Below the pieces are notes generated by a model, which was not told the origin of the DNA, ran no database searches, and was given only the letters and a program-made list of their open reading frames with translations. Position numbers and translations under genes: made by a program. Positions 1 through 8,287 of a DNA stretch of 56,285 nucleotides are shown here, piece after piece. Positions within the stretch are counted from its first letter, which is position 1; the number at the start of each line of letters is the position of its first letter. This DNA is from Promethearchaeota archaeon (GTDB taxonomy: Archaea > Asgardarchaeota > Lokiarchaeia > Sigyniarchaeales > SOKP01): contig JBHLPW010000031.1 in assembly GCA_048939015.1 (NCBI GenBank), positions 1-56,285 on the forward strand, written 5' to 3'.

Positions 1-1150
1 TAATTAATTCTATAGTTTTTTGGGCGTCTTGTATAGACTCACCTGGCAATCCTACCATAATACTTACAAATACCTTTCTTATACCAATTTTTCGAGCATA
101 TGTCGTCATTGTTTTCAATTTATTAATAAACAAATTTTCTTTTTCTAAATTTTGCGAATTGGTCTCTGGGGATGTCACTTTTCCTATTGTCTTTAATACT
201 CTCGGAACAGCACTTTCTAATGAAAATCCAATTGAAGTAAAACCCGCTTGTTTCATCAAATCCAATAATTCTTCCGAGACGGTATCACAACGAGTAGTGC
301 AAATTAATGGTATCTGTAGATCATTTTCTATTATTGCTTCACAGATTTTTTCTGCTCGAGTTGGTACTATTGTAAAAGTATCATCGTTAATTGGAACAGG
401 ATGTATGAAATTACTATATTCACTGATATATCTTAATTCTTCAAGAACTCTCTCTATTGAATGAAAGTAAATATTTCTTTTATTAATTACAGCACAATTA
501 CAATAAATACAATTCTGATTGCATCCCCTAGCCGTAATTATTCCTGTGGGAAATGCTTTAGATATAGGAATAACATTTGAAAGATACGGAGATGGATATT
601 TGTCAATAAAATTTTTAATAAACCTATTCGAAAGAAGAACACTTCGATCTGGATTAAGTATAATTTGATCTTTAATCTTAAAGGTAACACCATTAATATC
701 AAATAATTCTGTTTGAATCAGATTGTAATTATTATCTGAGAGATTTAATAGTAATTCAAGAATAGTTTCTTCTCCTTCCCCTCTAATGCAAATATCAACA
801 CTGTTAATACTGTCTAAAATTTCTCTAGAATGCACACTAGGAGTGGGACCTCCGAAAATAATAATTATATCTGAATTATACTTCCTTAAACAATTACTTA
901 ATAACACACATTGTATATAGTTAGTTTCATAAACTGAGAATCCAACAATTTTTGGCGAATAGCTCAGAATTCTCTTTACGCATTCATCAACACTATAAGA
1001 CTCATTTGAAATAAATTGTTCAGCATTGAAATCATGTTTCCTTAAGTAAGCAATTATGTAAGCTGATCCTAAATGATATATAAAATTGGTAAAATACAAG
1101 TCCCCACCAGAAGGAAATACCATTAATATGTCTAATAAGTTCCTATCCAT
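1..1150 (-). CDS. B12-binding (class B) radical SAM protein, 3' end runs off the window
   Basis: Not in ORF track because there is no stop in the window. Manual translation from ATG 1150 gives MDRNLLDILMVFPSGG...HLGSAYIIAYLRKH...IVGFSVY...IIFGGPTPS...CIRGEGEET (cobalamin-binding domain), then TARGCNQNCIYC (CxxxCxxC), DDTF and IMVGLPGES. Confidence 0.9.
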   Translation of the reverse strand, partial: MDRNLLDILMVFPSGGDLYFTNFIYHLGSAYIIAYLRKHDFNAEQFISNESYSVDECVKRILSYSPKIVGFSVYETNYIQCVLLSNCLRKYNSDIIIIFGGPTPSVHSREILDSINSVDICIRGEGEETILELLLNLSDNNYNLIQTELFDINGVTFKIKDQIILNPDRSVLLSNRFIKNFIDKYPSPYLSNVIPISKAFPTGIITARGCNQNCIYCNCAVINKRNIYFHSIERVLEELRYISEYSNFIHPVPINDDTFTIVPTRAEKICEAIIENDLQIPLICTTRCDTVSEELLDLMKQAGFTSIGFSLESAVPRVLKTIGKVTSPETNSQNLEKENLFINKLKTMTTYARKIGIRKVFVSIMVGLPGESIQDAQKTIELI

Positions 1151-1263
1151 TTCTATTCAAATCATTAAAATCTTATTATCCGCCTTCTAAATCCAATAGT
1201 GTTATAGTTGAAGTGAGTATAAAAAAAAATTAAAAAAGGATAATTATGCTAAAATTAGTCCTA

Positions 1264-1488
1264 TTAACCTACTGTAGCCCAATGCCCCATAAGCCCATAA
1301 ATCGAATCTACATCTATTTTTGCTGCTTCTTCAGCACCAAGCTTTTCATTAAGGCATTCTTGGATACAATTTTTTAACTCGTCACCTTCCTTTCCCGCCT
1401 CCATACAATCCTCCATACATTTAGAAATTATTTTTGCCTTGTCTTTTCCATGTTTTTCTTTAAGACGGTCATTAATAGATTGATTCAA
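1264..1488 (-). CDS. Small twin-CxxxC protein; candidate peptide precursor for the downstream radical SAM enzyme
   Basis: 74-aa ORF with CMEDC...CIQEC. SD GAGGTGA at 1509-1515 lies 5 nt before an in-frame ATA (1503), so the true start may be 5 codons upstream. Confidence 0.75.
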   Translation of the reverse strand: MNQSINDRLKEKHGKDKAKIISKCMEDCMEAGKEGDELKNCIQECLNEKLGAEEAAKIDVDSIYGLMGHWATVG

Positions 1489-1632
1489 TTTTATTTTTGG
1501 TATTTAAATCACCTCAAAATTTTTGAATTTCGCTTATTAATATAATAGCTAAGTAACTATTTTGTTACATTATAGTAAATATTTTTACATGTTTAAAAAT
1601 ATATATCGTTTTACTGATGAAATTAAATTTTT

Positions 1633-1788
1633 TTAAATACTTTCAATATCTTTTTTTATACGAAGGCGCTCTCTATATACTACTCTAGACTCCTCAATTT
1701 GTTTACCCTCTTCCATAGGATTTTCTTCTATAATTATAATTTCGCTTAATATTATAGGTTCTTTTTGCTTTTCTACATCTTGTTGCAT
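1633..1788 (-). CDS. 51-aa hypothetical small protein (MQQDVEKQKEPIILSEIIIIEENPMEEGKQIEESRVVYRERLRIKKDIESI)
   Basis: Manual translation. Purine-rich GAGGGA upstream; begins 20 nt after the stop of the 1809-2039 ORF. Confidence 0.55.
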   Translation of the reverse strand: MQQDVEKQKEPIILSEIIIIEENPMEEGKQIEESRVVYRERLRIKKDIESI

Positions 1789-1808
1789 CTTTTCATCCCT
1801 CTTTTTTG

Positions 1809-2039
1809 CTATTTTAAATCTCTTAATCCAAATTTAAATTTCTCAGGATGTAAATGGTAATACCCCCCTGATAGTTTCCATCGTTTTAAATCTCTTTTTT
1901 TTGATATTTGGTCTTTTTCTTTTTTAACAGATGGAGTCTTATCATGAATAATTATATTTTTTTCAATCGGAATGCTGGAACTTACTTCTTTTTCTAATTC
2001 CTTGAAATCAGATACGAAAATTTCCTCAATTTCGGTCAG
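1809..2039 (-). CDS. 76-aa small protein with CTG start, ending in the shared LHPEKFKFGLRDL motif
   Basis: SD GGAGGTGA directly upstream of CTG ACC GAA ATT. Open for 76 codons (MTEIEEIFVSDFKELEKEV...WKLSGGYYHLHPEKFKFGLRDLK). C-terminus aligns with the peptides at 7600 and 8050. Confidence 0.7.
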   Translation of the reverse strand: MTEIEEIFVSDFKELEKEVSSSIPIEKNIIIHDKTPSVKKEKDQISKKRDLKRWKLSGGYYHLHPEKFKFGLRDLK

Positions 2040-2225
2040 ATTTCCTCACCTCCTCTATTCATTTTTACAATCTTTGGACTTCAAATATGTTATAGTTAAG
2101 TTTTTATTATTAGTTTTTGACGCTGAATTCTGACTGGACTATTGGATATGGATTGGACAATTCTAAAATAGCTGTATTATTCACTTAAATTCATACTTTA
2201 GTCTGGTAAAAAAAAAAGAAAAAAT

Positions 2226-4034
2226 TTAATTTTCTTCAACTAGTTTTTCCAATTCATCAATCTTATCTGAGAGATATTTGATTCCTTTTTCCCAGAATGT
2301 AGGATCATTTAGATCGATACCAATTTCTGCCAACATTTCTTCAGGAGAAAGTGAACTTCCAAGAGAAAGTAATTTTAGATATTTAGGAACAAATTCATCC
2401 CTTTGTTCAAGATACATTTGATAGATAGAAATGACTAAAAGATTTGACATGTTATAGGCGTACACATAGAATGGAACATTTAAAAAGTGTGGAATTACAA
2501 AAATATAGTTGGCATATTCTTCCCGGATATTGATCATAGAATTCCTAAACATTAGTTCCATTTCTTTTACGAAAGCATCTTTAATTTCTCCCGTTGTAGG
2601 TAATTTCTTTTCTAATAATCCATGAATGGCTTTTTCAAATCTATAAAAAGCATTTTGTCTATGTGAAGTTGCAAACTTTGCTTCAATAGTACTACATAAT
2701 AATGCAATTTTTTCGTCCTTAGACAAATCTGTGTTCATTAAATAATCAGTGATCAACATTTCATTGAATACAGAGGCTATTTCCGCGACCACGAGAGAAG
2801 TTTCAATGTTTACAAAATTTTGATCTCTTTGGATATAATAGGCATGGAAGGCATGACCAAGTTCATGAGCTAAAGCACGTACCGAATCAACGGTCTCTAC
2901 AAAATTAACGAAAACAAATGCATAATGTTTTTGTTTACCATGTGCACAAAAAGCACCTCTATTTTTTCCCTTTCGCGGTGTCGCATCGATGTGTCCTATA
3001 TCAACTATTTTGTCTATAATATCTTTAAATTCAGGGCTAAATTTTTCATCAGAATCCTTAATTAACTCTATAGCTTCTTGGTAGGTATATTTTCTCGTTA
3101 TTTGGCCAATTGGTGCGTACAGGTCTGACATGTGTAATTCGGGAAGATTCAAGAGTTTTGTCTTTATATTATAATATTTTTCAACAATAGGATAACTATT
3201 TGTGGTAACTTCTCCACATACTTCTACACTCTCATCACTTACTTCATTTTCCAAGTTTCTTCTTGTGATAGGTTGTTTAAAGTTTCTTTTCGCACATTCT
3301 AAATCCCAATCTCTTAAAATATTGTTATAAATATGAGTGAATATCATCTCATTTTTTTTATACTCTGCCACAATTTTTCTTAGAGCTCTACGCCTACGAT
3401 CCACATCATCCTGATACATGTAAGAAAATAGTTCTGCTTCGGTTAGTTTCTTCATTCCACCATCTACTTCAAAATCAAAAGTAAAACTACTCTTTAATTC
3501 ACCATAAAGTTTGATAAAGCCTTTTACACCAGTCATATCCTTCATTAAGATAATTTGTTCCTCATTTTCAGAGAGTTGATGTTCTTTTTTCATCCTATTG
3601 AATTTGAGAGCATGCTTGTAATTATTTAGTTCTGGAGCTTTTACTAACTCTGCAAATTTATCGTCAGAAATTCGATTAAGCTCTAAATCAAAAAATAAGA
3701 GCTTTTGTTGGATTTTAACTTTAAACTCATCAATTTTTGAATAAAAACCTTTTATGTCATCATCCAGAAAATTAGTTCTTAATAGTAATTCTGCGTATGT
3801 ATCAAAATAAAAGGTCTTCTCTGATATATTTTCATATTCCTTGTACCATTCTAAAAGTTGTTCTGGTGTAAGTGAAGGGTCTTCTAATTTACCTTTGACA
3901 TTTTGATTAAAGTCTTTCGCTAATCTTTCTATCTCTTGGATATCTGTCTCAATCATAGGATCATTGATCCCTGTATAATAATCACTTAGATCCCATTTGA
4001 TTATTTCTTGTGTCATAAAAGAGAAAGTAAACAC
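2226..4034 (-). CDS. pepF: Oligoendopeptidase F (M3B family); likely start ATG 4016
   Basis: N-terminal WDLS, KGKNRGAFC, zinc motif AHELGHAFH, AEIAS, and PHF..PFYVYAY. Confidence 0.9.
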   Translation of the reverse strand: MFTFSFMTQEIIKWDLSDYYTGINDPMIETDIQEIERLAKDFNQNVKGKLEDPSLTPEQLLEWYKEYENISEKTFYFDTYAELLLRTNFLDDDIKGFYSKIDEFKVKIQQKLLFFDLELNRISDDKFAELVKAPELNNYKHALKFNRMKKEHQLSENEEQIILMKDMTGVKGFIKLYGELKSSFTFDFEVDGGMKKLTEAELFSYMYQDDVDRRRRALRKIVAEYKKNEMIFTHIYNNILRDWDLECAKRNFKQPITRRNLENEVSDESVEVCGEVTTNSYPIVEKYYNIKTKLLNLPELHMSDLYAPIGQITRKYTYQEAIELIKDSDEKFSPEFKDIIDKIVDIGHIDATPRKGKNRGAFCAHGKQKHYAFVFVNFVETVDSVRALAHELGHAFHAYYIQRDQNFVNIETSLVVAEIASVFNEMLITDYLMNTDLSKDEKIALLCSTIEAKFATSHRQNAFYRFEKAIHGLLEKKLPTTGEIKDAFVKEMELMFRNSMINIREEYANYIFVIPHFLNVPFYVYAYNMSNLLVISIYQMYLEQRDEFVPKYLKLLSLGSSLSPEEMLAEIGIDLNDPTFWEKGIKYLSDKIDELEKLVEEN

Positions 4035-4150
4035 GTATTATTTGAATTTTACTAGATTTGATTTGACATTAAATTTGAAATTAATAGTCTTCAATCATTT
4101 TTTACGACTAATTTAAAATACAAATGGATTACTTATTTCTATTATAATAA

Positions 4151-4627
4151 ATGAAAGATACTAAAATACCATTTAATCCCACCCCAATTAATCCGATTAA
4201 TGAGTATAGCGAAGTTAAGCAAAGTGATATTCATGGTTTAGGATTATTTGCTAAAAAAAAAATTCCAAAAGGCACAAAATTTTGGTATGCACGTCCTCAA
4301 GATGTGTTAATTATCTCAAGAGATCAGTTTTTAATCCTTGATTCGGCTAATACTTCAACTTCTATGAAAGATTTTATGCATTATTTGCTTACTTATTCAT
4401 TTTATGAAAGAGATCAGGATGCATTAATCTTTTGCTTGGATAATGCAAAGTTCGTAAATCATTCCTTTAATCCTAATTCAGGAGCCTCTGAAGATGGAAA
4501 TGGATTTAGTTCCGTCGCATTAAAAGATATTTTACCTGGAGAAGAAATTACAGAGGATTATTCTAAATACACCCTCTGTTCCTGGTTGAAAAAGTATAAA
4601 ACGTATTTTGATCCTTGCTGTTGGTAA
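4151..4627 (+). CDS. SET-domain protein (lysine methyltransferase-like)
   Basis: SDIHGLGLFA, FVNHSFNPN and GEEITEDY SET signature motifs. Confidence 0.88.
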   Translation: MKDTKIPFNPTPINPINEYSEVKQSDIHGLGLFAKKKIPKGTKFWYARPQDVLIISRDQFLILDSANTSTSMKDFMHYLLTYSFYERDQDALIFCLDNAKFVNHSFNPNSGASEDGNGFSSVALKDILPGEEITEDYSKYTLCSWLKKYKTYFDPCCW

Positions 4628-4637
4628 TTCTTGAAAA

Positions 4638-5192
4638 TTATGACTTTGTAGATAATGCTTTAAATTTAGAATATAATTCAGTAATAATGGCATTGAATGC
4701 CTCGTGGACTCCTTGGCCTGTTTTTGCGGATGTTAAATAATAGTCTAAAAAATTTCGTTCCTCTATAATACCTTGAATCTTAGTCCTATTCAAATTTTGT
4801 TCATTAACTAAATCAACTTTATTGGCAAAAACAACAATAGGAATATCTCCACAATGTTTTTTAATATCTTCATGCCAGTCATTTATATGATCGAAGCTTC
4901 GTTTACCTAAATCATTTTCTTCTAAACTAAATACAATAATTGCTGCTCGACTCTCTCTATAAAAAGATGGACGCAAAAAGAGAAAATCATCCTGCCCTGC
5001 GATATCCCAAAATAATAATCGGACCTGATCGCCATTAATTTCTACATCATATTCAGACCACTGCGCACCAATAGTCTTAATATATTCCTTTTGAAACGAG
5101 CCTTGTGTAAATTTTTTGATAAGCGATGTTTTTCCAACTGATCCATTGCCTACAATCGTTATTTTAAATCCAAACTTCTGAGAATCGTTCAT
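4638..5192 (-). CDS. Rab/Ras-like small GTPase
   Basis: G1 GNGSVGKT, G2 TIG, G3 WDIAGQ, G4 NKVD, G5 SAK. No C-terminal prenylation cysteine. Confidence 0.93.
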   Translation of the reverse strand: MNDSQKFGFKITIVGNGSVGKTSLIKKFTQGSFQKEYIKTIGAQWSEYDVEINGDQVRLLFWDIAGQDDFLFLRPSFYRESRAAIIVFSLEENDLGKRSFDHINDWHEDIKKHCGDIPIVVFANKVDLVNEQNLNRTKIQGIIEERNFLDYYLTSAKTGQGVHEAFNAIITELYSKFKALSTKS

Positions 5193-5282
5193 TTTAGGCA
5201 GATTTCAAATTATTAAATTAAGATTAGATTTAGTTTAATTTAAAATTTTAGTCTAAACTAAAAAAGAAAGAAAAAAAAATAC

Positions 5283-5363
5283 TTAATGTTGATTTAACCA
5301 TTGGCAATAACCATTGTTAAAAACTTTTAATTGTGCTTCTTCATTTGCTTCAAGTTTTTTCAT
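5283..5363 (-). CDS. 26-aa peptide MKKLEANEEAQLKVFNNGYCQWLNQH
   Basis: SD GGAGGT about 8 nt before ATG, own conserved promoter/operator (5418-5453), and a T-rich tract after the stop. Confidence 0.7.
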   Translation of the reverse strand: MKKLEANEEAQLKVFNNGYCQWLNQH

Positions 5364-5417
5364 AGTTTTTTACCTCCTTTTTTTTAATTTTCTTAAGTTT
5401 AATATAGAAATGCTTCA

Positions 5418-5453
5418 TTATATAGTTTTTATTGCAAAACTTTTATCGAAGTT
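5418..5453 (-). promoter_or_regulatory. BRE/TATA (TAAAAACTATATAA) with upstream AACTT-N6-AAGTT palindrome, copy 1
   Basis: + strand ttatatagttttta-N6-AACTTttatcgAAGTT. Same layout at 7859 and 8171. Confidence 0.75.
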
Positions 5454-5501
5454 TGAATATAATGGAAAGTTTATAAATAAGACTAAAAGCAGATAAAAAT
5501 A

Positions 5502-7457
5502 CTATGTAATAAGAGGAGTACTTCTATTGACGAAAATTTCATTTATCAATGGTTCGAGCGAAGGAATGTCCTTTAGTTGTACTAATTGACAAGCCTGATT
5601 AAATTTATTAAATTTTTCCCACATTTCTGCATTCTCTTTAATCTTATCGATGAATTTTGTTACTCGTTGCTGTGCGAGATACGATTGTCCCTTAAATAAA
5701 TAGCATACGAGGAAAGGATCGAGAGAATTCATAATAATGGTATAATCTCCGAAGTTAGCCCTATCAAGGCCTTTAGAGAACATCTCATCACTAAAGGAAT
5801 TAATAGCAGTTAAGAAACCACCAAATAGATGATCCTCAAAAGCCCATTCTTCAGCAAACGATTCAGAGAACAATGGTCTTCCACCCTCAGAAATAATTAA
5901 AAGCACAATAGGATCCTCATCAGTGAGTTCGGGAACTACTATTTCTCTTTTTCGGATAATTTCTTCCATCTGTTCATCAAGTTGTGCTAATTTTATACGT
6001 TCAGACAAAGGTGCTTTTGACTTTTTCAGTTTTTCCCATATGTCTAACTTTTTAAGTAATTCATCATGTTCGTATGAAATTTTCATTGCTAATCGTTTAA
6101 TACCATGCGAATCCGCTATTTTTTGAGCTTGGGTTAAATATCGCCGGGCTGTTCCAATATTCAGATCTATTAAAGCTATTTTCGCTTGTAATATGAATGT
6201 TTCACAGAAAATCAAATAAGAATGTGAATTCTCAGCAATAGTTAATAATTGAGCAATGTTTTGATTAAGTTCCTTAAATACTTCTGGATTTTGATTTATA
6301 CGATACTCTGAAAGAAGTAAGTCGCAAAGGTCGATATAGGCATCAATAGCAACAATTAATCTAGTTGGTGTCTTGTCAAGGAGTTGTTTTAATAGTTCTT
6401 CAGCTTTAGCTTTATCTCGGATCCGAGAGCTCCTTTTCAACATATTAGCTTTAAAGTATTGGTACATTATTTCGAGATCTGTATCTTTACTTCTCTTAAT
6501 ATATAAATCTTCTAAACGTTGAAAATATTTTTGAGTACGCTCAGTATCTCCCTTTTCGAGAGCTATAAATAATAAGCCAGTAATACAGAATTCTATTCGT
6601 AAAGGGTTCTGCTCCCAAATTAGTAAAGCTTCTTCTAAATATTTCAATGCAATATCATAATTGCCAAAATAACCATATGTAGATCCTATATTGCTTTTTA
6701 GAGTAGCCACCCAAAGTTTGTTTTTAATTTTTTCAAAAAGATGTAAGCTCTTCTTAAAATGTTCTAAACTAAGAGTATATTCACCTAATTGTGCATATAA
6801 ATTTCCCAAATTGTTATGACACATAGCAATCCAGTAGTGTTTAAATTTAATCTCCTTTGCAAGTGATAATGCTTTTTTAACATATTCCAAACCAAGATCA
6901 AATCTACTTTTTACATTAATCATAATACTTGTCATTTGAAGATGAGCCATAACTTTAAAAAGTGTGACATTAGTTTCTTTTTGTAACCCTATAGTCCATT
7001 CATAGTGTTTCTCTGCTAATTCCATATCACCTTTACTATAATCTATCATTCCTCTAAAAACACTCATTAAAGCTTTTCTTTGCAGAAAATTTTTTTGAGA
7101 GATTTGAGAGGTAAGTTTTAATAAGTCTTCGGCTTTTTGGATTACTTCAAGTGCTTCATCAAATCGATCAAATAAAAGTAGCACTGCAGAAACTAAAGAC
7201 AATCCATCAAATGATTGGAGAGGTGCATTTTTTTTTTGACTCTCTTTATAGATTCTCCTTCCTAATTTAAATGCATCTTTAATTTTTCCTTGATATATTA
7301 GAATATAGCCTTTAATTAACTGGTATGAAACTTTTTGCTGGAGGGTAATTCCTTCACGCTGAATAAAATCGTCTAATAATTCAATAGCTTCATCTACCTT
7401 AAATACATCATAGAGTTTTTCAACTTCTGATAATTCATTCAGTTCAAGATAAGACAT
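5502..7457 (-). CDS. TPR-repeat protein with C-terminal longin-like domain, paralog 1
   Basis: TPR units such as NNLGNLYAQLGEYTLSLEHFKKSL. C-terminal LLIISEGGRPLF...LFGGFLTAINSF pattern resembles longin domains (by eye). Confidence 0.8.
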   Translation of the reverse strand: MSYLELNELSEVEKLYDVFKVDEAIELLDDFIQREGITLQQKVSYQLIKGYILIYQGKIKDAFKLGRRIYKESQKKNAPLQSFDGLSLVSAVLLLFDRFDEALEVIQKAEDLLKLTSQISQKNFLQRKALMSVFRGMIDYSKGDMELAEKHYEWTIGLQKETNVTLFKVMAHLQMTSIMINVKSRFDLGLEYVKKALSLAKEIKFKHYWIAMCHNNLGNLYAQLGEYTLSLEHFKKSLHLFEKIKNKLWVATLKSNIGSTYGYFGNYDIALKYLEEALLIWEQNPLRIEFCITGLLFIALEKGDTERTQKYFQRLEDLYIKRSKDTDLEIMYQYFKANMLKRSSRIRDKAKAEELLKQLLDKTPTRLIVAIDAYIDLCDLLLSEYRINQNPEVFKELNQNIAQLLTIAENSHSYLIFCETFILQAKIALIDLNIGTARRYLTQAQKIADSHGIKRLAMKISYEHDELLKKLDIWEKLKKSKAPLSERIKLAQLDEQMEEIIRKREIVVPELTDEDPIVLLIISEGGRPLFSESFAEEWAFEDHLFGGFLTAINSFSDEMFSKGLDRANFGDYTIIMNSLDPFLVCYLFKGQSYLAQQRVTKFIDKIKENAEMWEKFNKFNQACQLVQLKDIPSLEPLINEIFVNRSTPLIT

Positions 7458-7599
7458 GTTTACATTTAATGTGGATTATAACCTTATGAATTCATTAAGC
7501 TAAGTTTAATTTTAAATCTAATTAAACTAATATAACTAAGAAGATAAGAATTTTACAAGAAAAAAATTAAAAAAAAAGAATAAGAAAAAGAATAATTAA

Positions 7600-7686
7600 T
7601 TATAGGTCTTTCATTCCAAATTTGTATTTCTTTGGATTTAAGACAAAATCTCCAAGAGTAGCTTCCATACCTTTTTTATTTGACAT
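7600..7686 (-). CDS. 28-aa peptide MSNKKGMEATLGDFVLNPKKYKFGMKDL
   Basis: SD GGAGGG. Near-identical paralog at 8050 differs by an in-frame 12-nt indel. T-tract after the stop. Confidence 0.8.
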   Translation of the reverse strand: MSNKKGMEATLGDFVLNPKKYKFGMKDL

Positions 7687-7734
7687 ATTTTTACCCTCCA
7701 TAAGGTTTTATATAATATGATAAAAGTTATTTGA

Positions 7735-7812
7735 TTAATCATGAATGTAATTTTGTGAAACTATTACATCATTTCTTATTTTTATAATTCGAGTCTGATT
7801 TATTTTTTTCAT
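7735..7812 (-). CDS. 25-aa peptide MKKINQTRIIKIRNDVIVSQNYIHD
   Basis: GAGGG SD-like site. First ORF after promoter copy 2, upstream of the 28-aa peptide. Confidence 0.5.
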   Translation of the reverse strand: MKKINQTRIIKIRNDVIVSQNYIHD

Positions 7813-7858
7813 TTTTTTTCCCTCTATGTTTTCTTAATTATAATATAGAAATAATTTA

Positions 7859-7895
7859 TTATATAGTTTTTAATATAGAACTTTGTACGAAGTTC
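7859..7895 (-). promoter_or_regulatory. BRE/TATA with GAACTT-N6-AAGTTC palindrome, copy 2
   Basis: + strand ttatatagttttta-N6-AACTTtgtacgAAGTT. Confidence 0.75.
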
Positions 7896-8049
7896 GAATA
7901 TTTAAGAAAGTTATGAAATGTATATTCTTAATGCGAAAAAGAGAGGAAAGTGGGTTCTATTTTAAATATAAATATTTGATAAAAATCATAAAATATTAGA
8001 TAATATAATAAAGAATTTAAAAAGATTAAAAAGAAGAATAAAAAATTAA

Positions 8050-8124
8050 TTATAGGTCTTTCATTCCAAATTGGTATTTCTTTGGATTTAAGACAAAATC
8101 TCCAAGAGTAGCTTTATTTGACAT
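8050..8124 (-). CDS. 24-aa peptide MSNKATLGDFVLNPKKYQFGMKDL
   Basis: SD GAGGT, paralog of 7600-7686, divergent from the wHTH-TPR gene. Confidence 0.8.
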   Translation of the reverse strand: MSNKATLGDFVLNPKKYQFGMKDL

Positions 8125-8170
8125 TTTATTTACCTCTTTATTTTGTTAATTATAATATAGTATACTTTTA

Positions 8171-8206
8171 TTATATAGTTTTTATTAAGAAACTTTATGC
8201 GAAGTT
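8171..8206 (-). promoter_or_regulatory. BRE/TATA with AACTT-N6-AAGTT palindrome, copy 3
   Basis: + strand ttatatagttttta-N6-AACTTtatgcgAAGTT, in the divergent intergenic region about 80 nt before the regulator start. Confidence 0.75.
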
Positions 8207-8287
8207 CGAATATTCAAAGAATAATTTAAATAGTTAAAACTGCTATCTATCAATGACGAACGAATCTAAATAAGGATCTCAAAAGCT

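Noticed and set aside
159-464. 101-aa + strand ORF and the other short ORFs nested in or antisense to long genes
   Set aside because: Shadow frames of well-supported CDSs, here the B12-radical SAM gene.
5314-5496. 60-aa + strand ORF in the track
   Set aside because: It is antisense to the SD-led 26-aa peptide and its promoter, with low-complexity composition.
7594-8113. ~70-bp direct repeat as a CRISPR array or MITE
   Set aside because: Only two copies, no spacer periodicity, no terminal inverted repeats or cas genes. It is explained as duplicated peptide genes.
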